A DNA stretch of 64,000 nucleotides from an uncultured Woeseiaceae bacterium (GTDB lineage Bacteria > Pseudomonadota > Gammaproteobacteria > Steroidobacterales > Woeseiaceae), in the NCBI GenBank assembly GCA_963976215.1, contig CAXBJV010000014.1, forward strand, positions 6,158-70,157, written 5' to 3'. The translations under genes and the position numbers were made by a program. Within the stretch, counting starts at the first letter, position 1, and each line of letters opens with the position of its first letter. The notes under the pieces are model-generated. The model was given only the letters and a program-made list of their open reading frames with translations, was not told where the DNA came from and did no database searches. Shown piece by piece: positions 30,801 to 40,355 of the stretch.

Positions 30801-31328
30801 ATGAGCGCTGCCAGCCTCCCGGCCGAAAACCCGCTTTTGCACGAGCGAATGCTGCGTCGTCGGCAAAGCCACTGTCCGGAATTGTGGGAGCTCCTCGAGC
30901 AGATCAGGGACCCCGAAATCCCGGTGTTATCACTGTGGGACCTCGGCATATTGCAGGACATCGAACAAGCTGCCGATGGCACCGTGCAGGTGACGATCAC
31001 GCCGACCTACTCGGGCTGTCCGGCCATGCGCGAAATCGAACAGGACATCTACAAGGTGCTGGCTGAAGCCGGCTACCCGGACGTAAACGTTGCATCAGAG
31101 CTTTCACCCGCCTGGACAACAGACATGATGACTGTCGAGGGCCGGCAGCGACTTAAAGAATACGGGATTGCGCCGCCGCGGGATGCCGGCTCGCGTCTGC
31201 CGGTGCAGTGCCCGCAGTGCGGCGCTGATGAAACACGCAAGATCAGTGAATTCGGTTCCACGCCCTGCAAAGCGCTGTACCAGTGCCAGCAATGCAAAGA
31301 ACCCTTCGACTACTTCAAATGTATTTAA
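30801..31328 (+). CDS. paaD: 1,2-phenylacetyl-CoA epoxidase subunit D
   Basis: The motif DPEIPVLSLWDLGIL is present, with a C-terminal Cys cluster CPQCG...CQQC. A GTG at 30792 is an alternative start. Confidence 0.9.
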   Translation: MSAASLPAENPLLHERMLRRRQSHCPELWELLEQIRDPEIPVLSLWDLGILQDIEQAADGTVQVTITPTYSGCPAMREIEQDIYKVLAEAGYPDVNVASELSPAWTTDMMTVEGRQRLKEYGIAPPRDAGSRLPVQCPQCGADETRKISEFGSTPCKALYQCQQCKEPFDYFKCI

Positions 31329-31338
31329 CGCGTAAGCT

Positions 31339-32433
31339 ATGAACGACTCCCAATTCTATCCACTGCGCCTGGCAGACGTCCGCCCGGAAACAGACGCAGC
31401 AGTGTGCCTGACCTTTGATGTTCCAGCTGAGTTGCAGGACAGGTTCACGTTTACGCAGGGCCAGTACCTGACGCTGCGAACGAGTATCGACGATGGGGAA
31501 GTCCGACGTTCGTACTCGATATGTTCCGGCCTCGATGACGAACAGCTGCGCGTCGCAATCAAGCGTATCGATGGCGGCGTGTTTTCAAACTACGCCAACG
31601 AACATCTACATGCCGGTGATGTGATCGACGTGATGCCGCCACAGGGCGAATTTCATACACCGCTGTCTGCAACGCACGCCAAGAACTATATGTGCATTTG
31701 CGCTGGCAGCGGCATTACGCCGGTGCTGTCGATCGTCAAGTCCATCCTGAGCCGCGAGCCCGATAGCCACGTGACACTGCTGTACGGCAATCGCAATTCC
31801 GCGACCGTGCTGTTCAAGGACGAACTCGGTTTCTTAAAGAATCGCTACATGACCCGGTTTAACTGGGTCAATATCTTAAGCCGCGAAGAACAGGACGCCG
31901 ACGTATTATTCGGCCGCCTCGATAATCGCAAGGGCGCCGAATTACAGGCTTCCCACCTGATTGATATTGCGGCGACCGACGAATTTTTCCTTTGCGGTCC
32001 CGAGTCCATGATTTCGGAAGTCTCGCGTGGGCTGCGCGGCTCGGGTGTTGATGAAAGCAATATTCACTACGAGCTGTTCTACGCGTCCGCCGAAGATGCC
32101 AGGGCTGTCGTCGAAAAACATCACGCTCGAGCGAAGCAATATGCCGGCCAGGTGAGCGAAGTGCAGGTGAAAGCGGACGGACGCACAACCTATATCGAGC
32201 TGACCGCCGACGGTGAAAACATTCTCGATGGCGCCATGCGCAGCGGCGCCGATCTGCCGTTCTCATGTAAGGGCGGTGTGTGTGCAACCTGCAAGGCGCG
32301 TCTCATCGAAGGTGATGTCGAGATGGACCTGAATCATTCATTGAGCGCGGAGGAAATCGAAAGCGGCATGATCCTCACCTGTCAGGCACACCCGATCAGC
32401 AAGAAAGTCGTTGTAGACTTCGATCAGATCTAG
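31339..32433 (+). CDS. paaE: 1,2-phenylacetyl-CoA epoxidase reductase subunit E
   Basis: 364 aa. FNR-like domain (RSYSICS) plus a C-terminal plant-type 2Fe-2S motif (CKGGVCATCKA...C). Confidence 0.9.
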   Translation: MNDSQFYPLRLADVRPETDAAVCLTFDVPAELQDRFTFTQGQYLTLRTSIDDGEVRRSYSICSGLDDEQLRVAIKRIDGGVFSNYANEHLHAGDVIDVMPPQGEFHTPLSATHAKNYMCICAGSGITPVLSIVKSILSREPDSHVTLLYGNRNSATVLFKDELGFLKNRYMTRFNWVNILSREEQDADVLFGRLDNRKGAELQASHLIDIAATDEFFLCGPESMISEVSRGLRGSGVDESNIHYELFYASAEDARAVVEKHHARAKQYAGQVSEVQVKADGRTTYIELTADGENILDGAMRSGADLPFSCKGGVCATCKARLIEGDVEMDLNHSLSAEEIESGMILTCQAHPISKKVVVDFDQI

Positions 32434-32434
32434 C

Positions 32435-33361
32435 ATGAGTGTTGCTGTAGCCAATACACCAACCGCGCTGCCCGACCTGGAAGCACGCGTCGCGGATAAA
32501 AATTACAGTTGTACCTCGATGGTCGTGACCGTCTTCGGCGACACTGTTTCGCAACACAACGGCTGGATATGGTTGGGCAGTTTGATCAAAGCGCTCGACC
32601 TGATGGGCTACAGCGAGCGGCTGGTGCGCACAGCGGTCTACCGCCTGGTGCAGCAGGACTGGCTGCAGGCTAAAAAAATCGGACGTCGCAGCTACTACCG
32701 GTTTACCGGCATGGCCGATGCCCAGTATGAAAAAGCCGCACGACGGATTTATGCACCGACACAGCCACACTGGGACGGCACCTGGACGCTGGTATCACCG
32801 GTCATGGTGCCGGACGAAAAACGCGATTTATTGCGCAAGAGCCTGCTTTGGCAGGGCTACAACACCTTGCTAACCGGCCTGTTCGCGCACCCGTCATCGG
32901 ATCGTACCTCCCTGAATGAAACGCTTGAGGAGCAGAACCTCGCAGACAAGGTGTTGGTATTTTCAGCAGTGACCAATGACGCGTTGTCCGCGGCCCTGCT
33001 CAGGGAGGTGGCGCAGCATAAATGGAACCTTGATGAACTGCAGGGCATGTACCAGGAGTTTTTTAGTTTCTACCGCGCTATCGATGCCAGCCTGGATGCA
33101 GACAACATCGATCCGCAGTCGGCTTTTGTGTTGCGTACGCTGCTGATTCACGAGTATCGCCGCATCCTGTTGCGCGACCCGGACTTCCCGGAGGCCGTAT
33201 TGCCCGCCGACTGGGCAGGCCAGAATGCGCAGGCGCTAACGCGACGGATTTACCGCAAGCTGATCACGTCATCACTCAGCTACGTGCAGGCAAACTTGCA
33301 GAATGCAGACGGTGCACTGCCGGAAGCGACAGCGACATTCCAGCGGCGCTTTACTGTCTAA
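32435..33361 (+). CDS. paaX: Phenylacetyl-CoA-responsive repressor
   Basis: 308 aa, colinear with E. coli PaaX (IWLGSL...RTAVYRLVQQDWL...IGRRSYY...WDGTW). Confidence 0.9.
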   Translation: MSVAVANTPTALPDLEARVADKNYSCTSMVVTVFGDTVSQHNGWIWLGSLIKALDLMGYSERLVRTAVYRLVQQDWLQAKKIGRRSYYRFTGMADAQYEKAARRIYAPTQPHWDGTWTLVSPVMVPDEKRDLLRKSLLWQGYNTLLTGLFAHPSSDRTSLNETLEEQNLADKVLVFSAVTNDALSAALLREVAQHKWNLDELQGMYQEFFSFYRAIDASLDADNIDPQSAFVLRTLLIHEYRRILLRDPDFPEAVLPADWAGQNAQALTRRIYRKLITSSLSYVQANLQNADGALPEATATFQRRFTV

Positions 33362-34731
33362 CTGCCGTAAATTTTTCCGGGCAACCAGGTAACCAGCTCG
33401 GGAAATACGGCGAGCAACACCAGCGCGAGCAGCTGGATGACGACAAATGGTATTGCGCCCCGGTAGATCTGCGCCGTCGTAATCGATGGTGGCGCAACAC
33501 CACGAAGATAAAACAATGCGAAGCCAAACGGCGGCGTCAGGAAGGACGTCTGCAGGTTGATCGCGATCATGATACCCAGCCAGACCGGATCGAGGCCCAT
33601 GGCCAGCAGCACCGGACCGACAATGGGTACGACTACAAATGTGATCTCGATAAAGTCCAGCACAAAGCCAAGCAGGAACATAACCAACATCACAACAATC
33701 ACGGCGCCGACGACACCACCAGGCAGTGCCTCAAGAATCGCACGCACACCGTCGTCGCCACCGTAGCCGCGAAACACCAGTGAGAAGATCGATGCACCGA
33801 TCAGGATCATGAACACCATGCTGCTAATGCGCAGCGTGCTTTGCATGATTTCCTGCAAGCGGGAGCGGTCAAGTTGCCGCCGCGAAATAGCCAGTAGCAA
33901 CGCACCCATGCTGCCAACACCAGCTGCTTCTGTCGGCGTTGCAAAGCCGCCCAGTATCGAACCAAGTACCGCGAAGATCAGCAACAACGGCGGAAACAGC
34001 GCGTGCAGAACCTGCACTAGCGATGTTGTTTCACCCGCTGCACGCCGATGGGCCGGCATCGAGTCCGGCTTCAGGAAGGCGACGCCGAGGATATAGAGCA
34101 CGTACAGCGCCACCAGCAGCAAGCCGGGAATCAGGGCCCCGGCGAACAAGTCGCCAACAGACACCGTTTTCGGCGAAAAAATGCCCATCTCGAGTTGCGC
34201 CTGCTGGTATGCAGTGGTCATGACATCGCCGAGCATGACGAGAATGATCGAGGGCGGAATAATCTGGCCGAGCGTGCCTGACGCGCAAATGGTCCCGGCC
34301 GACACATCTGGCGAATAGCCGCGTTTCAACATGGTCGGCAGTGACAGCAGGCCCATCGTTACGACCGTCGCACCGACAATGCCGGTGCTGGCGGCCAGCA
34401 ACATGCCGACCAGCGTCACTGAAATTCCAAGACCACCACGTAGTGAGCCAAACAGGGCACTCAGGGTTTCGAGCAATTCTTCGGCGATTCGCGCCCGTTC
34501 GAGCGTCACCCCCATGAAAACAAACAGTGGCACGGCGACCAGGGTTTCATTGCTCATGATGCCGAAAATCCGGTTCGGCAAACCCGATAGCAGGGCTTCG
34601 TGAAAGACGCCGCTTAGCACGCCAGCGCCCGCAAACAGTAACGCCACGCCACCGAGCGTGAAGGCAACAGGAAAGCCCGCCAGCAGAAACAGGATAACGG
34701 AGAAAAACAGTAGTCCGGCGACCCACTCCAT
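33358..34731 (-). CDS. TRAP transporter large permease (DctM-type)
   Basis: Start at MEWVAGLLFFSV, giving 457 aa. Polytopic membrane protein lying 1 nt after the dctQ-like stop. Confidence 0.9.
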   Translation of the reverse strand: MEWVAGLLFFSVILFLLAGFPVAFTLGGVALLFAGAGVLSGVFHEALLSGLPNRIFGIMSNETLVAVPLFVFMGVTLERARIAEELLETLSALFGSLRGGLGISVTLVGMLLAASTGIVGATVVTMGLLSLPTMLKRGYSPDVSAGTICASGTLGQIIPPSIILVMLGDVMTTAYQQAQLEMGIFSPKTVSVGDLFAGALIPGLLLVALYVLYILGVAFLKPDSMPAHRRAAGETTSLVQVLHALFPPLLLIFAVLGSILGGFATPTEAAGVGSMGALLLAISRRQLDRSRLQEIMQSTLRISSMVFMILIGASIFSLVFRGYGGDDGVRAILEALPGGVVGAVIVVMLVMFLLGFVLDFIEITFVVVPIVGPVLLAMGLDPVWLGIMIAINLQTSFLTPPFGFALFYLRGVAPPSITTAQIYRGAIPFVVIQLLALVLLAVFPELVTWLPGKIYGS

Positions 34732-34732
34732 G

Positions 34733-35236
34733 TCAGCGGTCCCGCAGGGTTTGCAGCGCACGCAGCAGCATGGCAACGCCCTGCAATCCGAGTGTCACTG
34801 GCATGACCAGGATGATGGTCTTGAGCATCGGAATCAGTGGATATGGCAGTCCGCCGGATTCACGCGATGCTTCCTTGAGCTTCCAGGACACGGCAATGAA
34901 GTCATAGCTTTTCATGCCGAGAAACACGCATAACGGCAGCAGGAACAGCAATACTCCAGTGAGGTCGACCCATGCACGCTGCCTGTCGCTCATCTTGCGG
35001 TAGAAAATATCGACGCGAACGTGTTCTTCCTGTTGCAGGGTATAGGCGGCACCTACCATGAACACGAACGCATGCATCCAGACCACGGACTCCTGCATCC
35101 AGATCAAACCTGCATCGAATACGTAGCGCATCACGACGACAACAAATGTCATCAGGACCATGAATAGTGTCAGCCATGCGCTCGCTTTGCCGAGCTGCAC
35201 GCTGATGCGATCCAGGATGCCCGGCCGTGCTGACAC
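34733..35236 (-). CDS. TRAP transporter small permease (DctQ-type)
   Basis: Four TM segments with ILDRISVQLGKASAWLTLFMV. The start is uncertain. A GTG at 35236 overlaps the trkH stop (TAGTG). The ATG at 35323 would overlap trkH by 88 nt. Confidence 0.7.
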   Translation of the reverse strand: MSARPGILDRISVQLGKASAWLTLFMVLMTFVVVVMRYVFDAGLIWMQESVVWMHAFVFMVGAAYTLQQEEHVRVDIFYRKMSDRQRAWVDLTGVLLFLLPLCVFLGMKSYDFIAVSWKLKEASRESGGLPYPLIPMLKTIILVMPVTLGLQGVAMLLRALQTLRDR

Positions 35237-36687
35237 TAGTGGCGCCAGAATGTCGGCGTAATCAGGACCAGTAGCGTGAAGATTTCGAGACGCCCCAACA
35301 GCATGCCGACAATTGAAATCCACTTGGCTGTGTCACTGACCGACATAAAGCCTGCACTGACGTCGCCGAGGCCGGGACCGAGATTATTCAGTGTGGCAGC
35401 AACTCCGGAAAAAGCAGTGACCTGGTCGAGTCCGGTCGCCATCATTGCCAGCATCATGACGCCGAAAACAACGATATAGACCGAAAAGAATCCCCACACG
35501 GCATCGACAACGCGGGGTTGCACGGCAGAGTTACCCAGTTTGACCGGAATTTCCGCGTTCGGGTGTACCAGCCGGGCAACTTCACGCGCGCCCTGCTTGT
35601 AGATCAGGAGACAGCGAATGACCTTGATGCCACCAGCCGTTGAACCGGCGGAGCCGCCAATGAAACTCGAAAAGATCAGCAGCACCGGCAATACGGTGGG
35701 CCACGCTGCAAAGTTCTCGGTGGTAAACCCGGTTGTCGTGGCAATCGACACCGCCTGGAATACACCGTTGATAAACGTATCGCCCAGGTCATCGATCCCG
35801 CGATCCTGGTAAAGCACGACCAGCACGATGACAGACAGGGAAAACAGGATGGCCGTGTACGCGCGGAACTCGGGATCCTGGAAATAGTGTTTGATCGAAA
35901 CGAAGCGCCAGGCGAAAAAATGCAGCGAAAAGTTAATGCCGGCGACAAACATGAAAACGATAGCGACTGCGTCGACCATCGGGCTGGCAAAATAGGCAAC
36001 GCTTGCATCATGCGTTGAGAAGCCGCCGATCGCGACCGTTGAGAAGGCGTGACACAAGGCGTCGAACCAGCCCATGCCGGCAACGCGATAGCTCAGCATG
36101 CAAGCGATGGTGAAGGCGAGGTAAACATACCAGAGCGCTTTGGCCGTCTCGGTAATGCGGGGCGTGAGCTTGGTGTCTTTAACCGGCCCCGGTGTTTCTG
36201 CTCGATACAGCTGCATGCCACCGACGCCCAGCATCGGCAGGACGGCAACAGCCAAAACGATGATTCCCATACCGCCAAGCCATTGCAGTTGCTGGCGGTA
36301 ATAGAGAATCGACAGTGGCAGGTCGTCCAGTCCGGTCAGCACGGTGGCACCGGTCGTTGTCAGTCCTGACATTGATTCGAAGACCGCATCGGTAATCGAC
36401 ATCGTTACCGCATCCGCGAAATACAGTGGCGCGGCACCAAAGGTGCCCAGTACTGTCCAGAATGCGGCAACCACCAGGAAGCCATCGCGCAGTCGCAAGT
36501 CCTTACGTGATCGGTGTACCGGAAACCAGATCAGGGCCCCGGCGGCCAGCGTCAGTCCGAAGCCCTCGACAAACGGCAGCCATGAACCGTCGTCGTAATA
36601 CAGGCTGAAGATAACCGGCGGCAGCATTGTCAGGCTGAACATCATCAGAAGAAGCCCGAGTATCCGCTGTACGACAGTCCAGTTCAT
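35236..36687 (-). CDS. trkH: Trk potassium uptake membrane subunit
   Basis: 483-aa polytopic protein, typical of TrkH. Confidence 0.9.
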   Translation of the reverse strand: MNWTVVQRILGLLLMMFSLTMLPPVIFSLYYDDGSWLPFVEGFGLTLAAGALIWFPVHRSRKDLRLRDGFLVVAAFWTVLGTFGAAPLYFADAVTMSITDAVFESMSGLTTTGATVLTGLDDLPLSILYYRQQLQWLGGMGIIVLAVAVLPMLGVGGMQLYRAETPGPVKDTKLTPRITETAKALWYVYLAFTIACMLSYRVAGMGWFDALCHAFSTVAIGGFSTHDASVAYFASPMVDAVAIVFMFVAGINFSLHFFAWRFVSIKHYFQDPEFRAYTAILFSLSVIVLVVLYQDRGIDDLGDTFINGVFQAVSIATTTGFTTENFAAWPTVLPVLLIFSSFIGGSAGSTAGGIKVIRCLLIYKQGAREVARLVHPNAEIPVKLGNSAVQPRVVDAVWGFFSVYIVVFGVMMLAMMATGLDQVTAFSGVAATLNNLGPGLGDVSAGFMSVSDTAKWISIVGMLLGRLEIFTLLVLITPTFWRH

Positions 36688-36703
36688 TCAGGGCTCGCTG
36701 CGC

Positions 36704-38080
36704 CTAGACAAAAGAAACACCCACCTGGAACAGGCTTTCCAGTTTTTCAATCTTGCGACGGTCGGTCATGAACAGGATGACATGGTCATCGGTTTCGATG
36801 AGTGTGTCGTGGTGTGCAATGATGACCTCTTCGCCGCGCACAACGGCGACAATCGCCGTGCCCTTCGGCAGCTCGATCTCCTCGATCGTACGGCCGACGA
36901 CCTTGGAGCTTTCCTTGTCGCCGTGTGCAATGGCTTCCATGGCCTCCGCAGCGCCGCGACGTAGCGAATGCACCTTGACGACATCGCCACGGCGCACATG
37001 CGCCAGCAATGAGCCGATCGTAATCTGCTGTGGCGAAATGGCGATATCGATACTGCCGGATTCGACCAGGTCGACATACGATGGCCGGTTTATCAGCGCC
37101 ATGACCTTGTTTGCGCCAAGTCGTTTCGCCAGCATTGAGCTCAGGATATTGGCTTCTTCCGAGTTAGTCAGTGCACAGAACACATCGACGCTGTCGATGT
37201 TTTCTTCCAGCAGCAGTTCTTCATCGGCGGCATCGCCCACCAGCACGATGGCCTTGTTGAGCTGCTCAGAAATTACCCGCGCCCGTTGCGGGTCCCGCTC
37301 GATGATTTTTACCTGGTTGGTTTGCTCGAGTGCCAGCGCCAGGCGTACGCCGATATTACCGCCACCGGCAATGACAACGCGCCGCACCGGGTCTTCGAGC
37401 CGCCGCATCTCGCTCATGAAAACGCGGATGTCCTTGCGATCGGCAATAAAGAAAACCTCGTCATTTTCCTGGATGACCGTGTCGCCATCCGGCAGCATCG
37501 CCTCGCCCTGTCGATAGATCGCCGCAATGCGCCCCTCGGTGTTCGGAATATGATCTTTCAGCGTGGCAATGCGCTGCCCGACCAACAGGCCTTCGCGATC
37601 CGCTTTGGCGCCGACGAGGCGCACCTTGCCGCCGGCGAAGTCCAGCACCTGTGATGAACCGGGGTACAGAATGAGCTGTTCGATATGCGAGCAGACCAGT
37701 TGTTCCGGACTGATGCGCACGTCGATGGGAATTGCGTCCTGTGTGAACAGCTTGTTCGCGTTCATGTACTCGGCGGATCGAATACGCGCAATCTTGGTTG
37801 GCGTGCGGAACGCGGTGTACGCAATCTGGCACGCGATCATGTTGGTTTCGTCGGAATTGGTCAGCGCTACGACGATGTCGGCATCGTTGGCGCCTGAGCG
37901 TTCCAGCACATCGGGATAGGCGGCATGGCCGATGACGGTGCGAATGTCGAGGCGGTCCTGCAGCTCCCGCAGCACGTCCGCACGCATGTCTACGACGGTG
38001 ACCTCATTGGCCTCTTCTCGCGACAGGTGGTATGCCGCGGATGATCCAACCTGGCCGGCGCCGAGTATGAGAATCTTCAT
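36704..38080 (-). CDS. trkA: Trk potassium uptake NAD-binding subunit
   Basis: 458 aa. Starts MKILILGAGQVGS and has a second Rossmann motif IAGGGNIGV. Confidence 0.95.
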   Translation of the reverse strand: MKILILGAGQVGSSAAYHLSREEANEVTVVDMRADVLRELQDRLDIRTVIGHAAYPDVLERSGANDADIVVALTNSDETNMIACQIAYTAFRTPTKIARIRSAEYMNANKLFTQDAIPIDVRISPEQLVCSHIEQLILYPGSSQVLDFAGGKVRLVGAKADREGLLVGQRIATLKDHIPNTEGRIAAIYRQGEAMLPDGDTVIQENDEVFFIADRKDIRVFMSEMRRLEDPVRRVVIAGGGNIGVRLALALEQTNQVKIIERDPQRARVISEQLNKAIVLVGDAADEELLLEENIDSVDVFCALTNSEEANILSSMLAKRLGANKVMALINRPSYVDLVESGSIDIAISPQQITIGSLLAHVRRGDVVKVHSLRRGAAEAMEAIAHGDKESSKVVGRTIEEIELPKGTAIVAVVRGEEVIIAHHDTLIETDDHVILFMTDRRKIEKLESLFQVGVSFV

Positions 38081-38090
38081 CGCGGGTAGT

Positions 38091-40262
38091 CTACATCAGT
38101 TCGAGATTGGCATAACTCAGAACGAGCCATTTTGTGCCTGCGCCTTCGAAATTGACCTCGACACGCGCATGCGCGCCCTGGCCTTCGTAGTTGAGAATAA
38201 CGCCGTCACCGAACTTCTTATGACAAACCCGCTGCCCGAGGCGAATGCCAAGCTCGTTGTCCGACGGCCGTGCGGCGCTGCTTTGCCGCGAGGGTCGCGA
38301 CGAATGCAGTGGCCGGGCGACTTGTACACGCGGCCGAATCTCCTCGATATGTTCCTCGGGAATTTCGGCGATAAATCGTGACTGTTGCGAGAAATTGTCC
38401 ATGCCGTGCAGGCGTCGTTGCTCGGCGTAGGTGATATACAAAGTCTGCATCGCGCGTGTAATGCCGACATAGCAAAGGCGTCGCTCTTCCTCGAGCCCGT
38501 GCGGGTCCGCAACAGATCGTTGGTGCGGAAACAAGCCGTCTTCCATGCCACACATGAATACCAGCGGAAACTCGAGGCCTTTTGCCGAGTGCATCGTCAT
38601 CAGCTGCACGCAGTCCTCCCAGGCATCGGCCTGACCTTCCCCGGCCTCGAGTGCCGCGTGCGACAGGAACTCATCCAGTGGCGACATCTCTTCGGCGGGA
38701 TCGGGTTCGAAGCTCTTGGCTGCGCTGACCAGCTCCGCCAGGTTTTCGATGCGGGTTTCGCCCTTCTCGCCCTTGTCCTTCTTGAAGTGCTCAATCAATG
38801 TGCTGAGATGGATGACGTGGTCGACTTTGTCGTGCAGGTCGAGCCCATTGGTCTCACGCGCCATGCGCTCGATCAACGACATGAACGCATTGACCGCATT
38901 GGCGGCCCGACCGTTCAGGTCATCGCTCGCGATTGCGCCGGCGGCACGCCACAATGAACAGGCGTTTGCCCGGGCATAAGCGCGCATCATTTCAACCGTG
39001 CGCGCGCCGATGCCGCGTGTTGGCTTGTTGACAATGCGTTCAAACGAACTGTCATCATCGCGATTTGAAGTCAGGCGCAGGTACGCAAGCGCATCCTTGA
39101 TTTCCGCACGCTCGAAAAAGCGCAGGCCACCGTAAACCCGGTACGGGATACGCGCATTGATCAAACCTTCTTCCAGCACGCGCGACTGGGCGTTGGAGCG
39201 ATACAGGATTGCAGCGTCCGCACGGGCATTGCCCTGTGCGATCCAGTCACGCAGCCGGCCAATCACGAAATCGGCCTCATCGCGCTCGTTGTACGCGGAA
39301 TAGAGCTTTATCGCTTCGCCTTCGGAGCCGTCGGTCCACAGGTTTTTGCCCATGCGCGAACTGTTGTTAGCGATGACTGCATTCGCTGCGTTAAGAATTG
39401 TCGCGGTGGAGCGATAGTTTTGTTCAAGCTTGACGACTTGCGTGCCTGGGAAGTCTTTTTGAAAGCGGTGAATATGCTCAACGCGTGCACCGCGCCAGCG
39501 GTAGATCGACTGGTCGTCGTCGCCAACAACAAACGGCACGCCTTTACTCCCGGCCAGCAGTCGCAACCATGCATACTGAATCGCATTGGTGTCCTGAAAC
39601 TCGTCGACGAGCAAGTGCTGGAAGCGGCGCCGATAATGCTCGAGCAGCTCGGCGTTGTCGCGGAGCAACTCATGTGCCCGCAACAACAGCTCGGCAAAGT
39701 CCACCAGTCCGCCACGCTGACAGATTTCTTCGTAGGACTGGTACAGGGATATCTGTTGCCGCCGGTTTGGGTCACCTTCATCATCGATGTGTTCGGGTCG
39801 CAGGCCCTCATCTTTCTGGCCATTGATAAACCACTGAATTTCTTTTGGCACCCAGCGGCTGTCATCGACCTCGAGGTTCTTCAGCAGTCGCTTGATCAGT
39901 CGCAACTGGTCGTCAGAGTCGATGATCTGAAAGTTCTGCGGCAGTTTTGCTTCGCGCCAGTGGCGCCGGAGCATGCGGTGGGCGAGGCCATGGAAAGTCC
40001 CGATCCACAAGTGCTGGACCGGGACGTTCAGGAGCGACTCGATGCGACCGCGCATTTCCGCGGCAGCTTTGTTGGTGAAGGTAACGGCGAGCAAGCCCTG
40101 GGGAGACACGCCCTCCACTTCGATCAGCCAGGCGGCGCGATGCACCAGGACCCGTGTCTTGCCGCTCCCAGCCCCGGCGATGACCAGCGCGGGTTCGGAT
40201 GGCGCGGTAACGGCTTGACGCTGGGCGTCATTAAGGTTGTCGAGGATCGGTGTGACATCCAT
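38091..40262 (-). CDS. uvrD: DNA helicase II (UvrD family, SF1)
   Basis: 723 aa with the motifs AGAGSGKTRVL, LLVDEFQDTN and VGITRA. Confidence 0.9.
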   Translation of the reverse strand: MDVTPILDNLNDAQRQAVTAPSEPALVIAGAGSGKTRVLVHRAAWLIEVEGVSPQGLLAVTFTNKAAAEMRGRIESLLNVPVQHLWIGTFHGLAHRMLRRHWREAKLPQNFQIIDSDDQLRLIKRLLKNLEVDDSRWVPKEIQWFINGQKDEGLRPEHIDDEGDPNRRQQISLYQSYEEICQRGGLVDFAELLLRAHELLRDNAELLEHYRRRFQHLLVDEFQDTNAIQYAWLRLLAGSKGVPFVVGDDDQSIYRWRGARVEHIHRFQKDFPGTQVVKLEQNYRSTATILNAANAVIANNSSRMGKNLWTDGSEGEAIKLYSAYNERDEADFVIGRLRDWIAQGNARADAAILYRSNAQSRVLEEGLINARIPYRVYGGLRFFERAEIKDALAYLRLTSNRDDDSSFERIVNKPTRGIGARTVEMMRAYARANACSLWRAAGAIASDDLNGRAANAVNAFMSLIERMARETNGLDLHDKVDHVIHLSTLIEHFKKDKGEKGETRIENLAELVSAAKSFEPDPAEEMSPLDEFLSHAALEAGEGQADAWEDCVQLMTMHSAKGLEFPLVFMCGMEDGLFPHQRSVADPHGLEEERRLCYVGITRAMQTLYITYAEQRRLHGMDNFSQQSRFIAEIPEEHIEEIRPRVQVARPLHSSRPSRQSSAARPSDNELGIRLGQRVCHKKFGDGVILNYEGQGAHARVEVNFEGAGTKWLVLSYANLELM

Positions 40263-40320
40263 CGGGGAGGTACTGCCAGGGAGTCGAAAGCGCGCCAGTG
40301 TAGCAGGAATCGAGCGCTCT

Positions 40321-40342
40321 AAAACTCGCGAATTGGCGCGAG
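40321..40342 (-). terminator. Weak intrinsic terminator after the TPR/barrel OMP gene
   Basis: CTCGCG (40325-40330) / CGCGAG (40337-40342), a 6-bp GC stem with a 6-nt loop. It is followed on the minus strand by TTTT (40321-40324). Confidence 0.35.
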
Positions 40343-40355
40343 CGAAACGGAAACG

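Noticed and set aside
36753-37517. 254-aa plus-strand ORF antisense to trkA. Similar cases are 39420-40322 antisense to uvrD, and 50694-51431 and 51459-52178 antisense to the iorB-like gene.
   Set aside because: These are high-GC antisense frames opposite genes with unmistakable family motifs. Their composition is Ser/Arg-biased.
38704-38711. GGTTCGAA, a T-loop-like string that could flag a tRNA.
   Set aside because: It lies inside the uvrD coding sequence with no acceptor or anticodon stem context. I found no tRNA-like cloverleaf anywhere in the intergenic regions.
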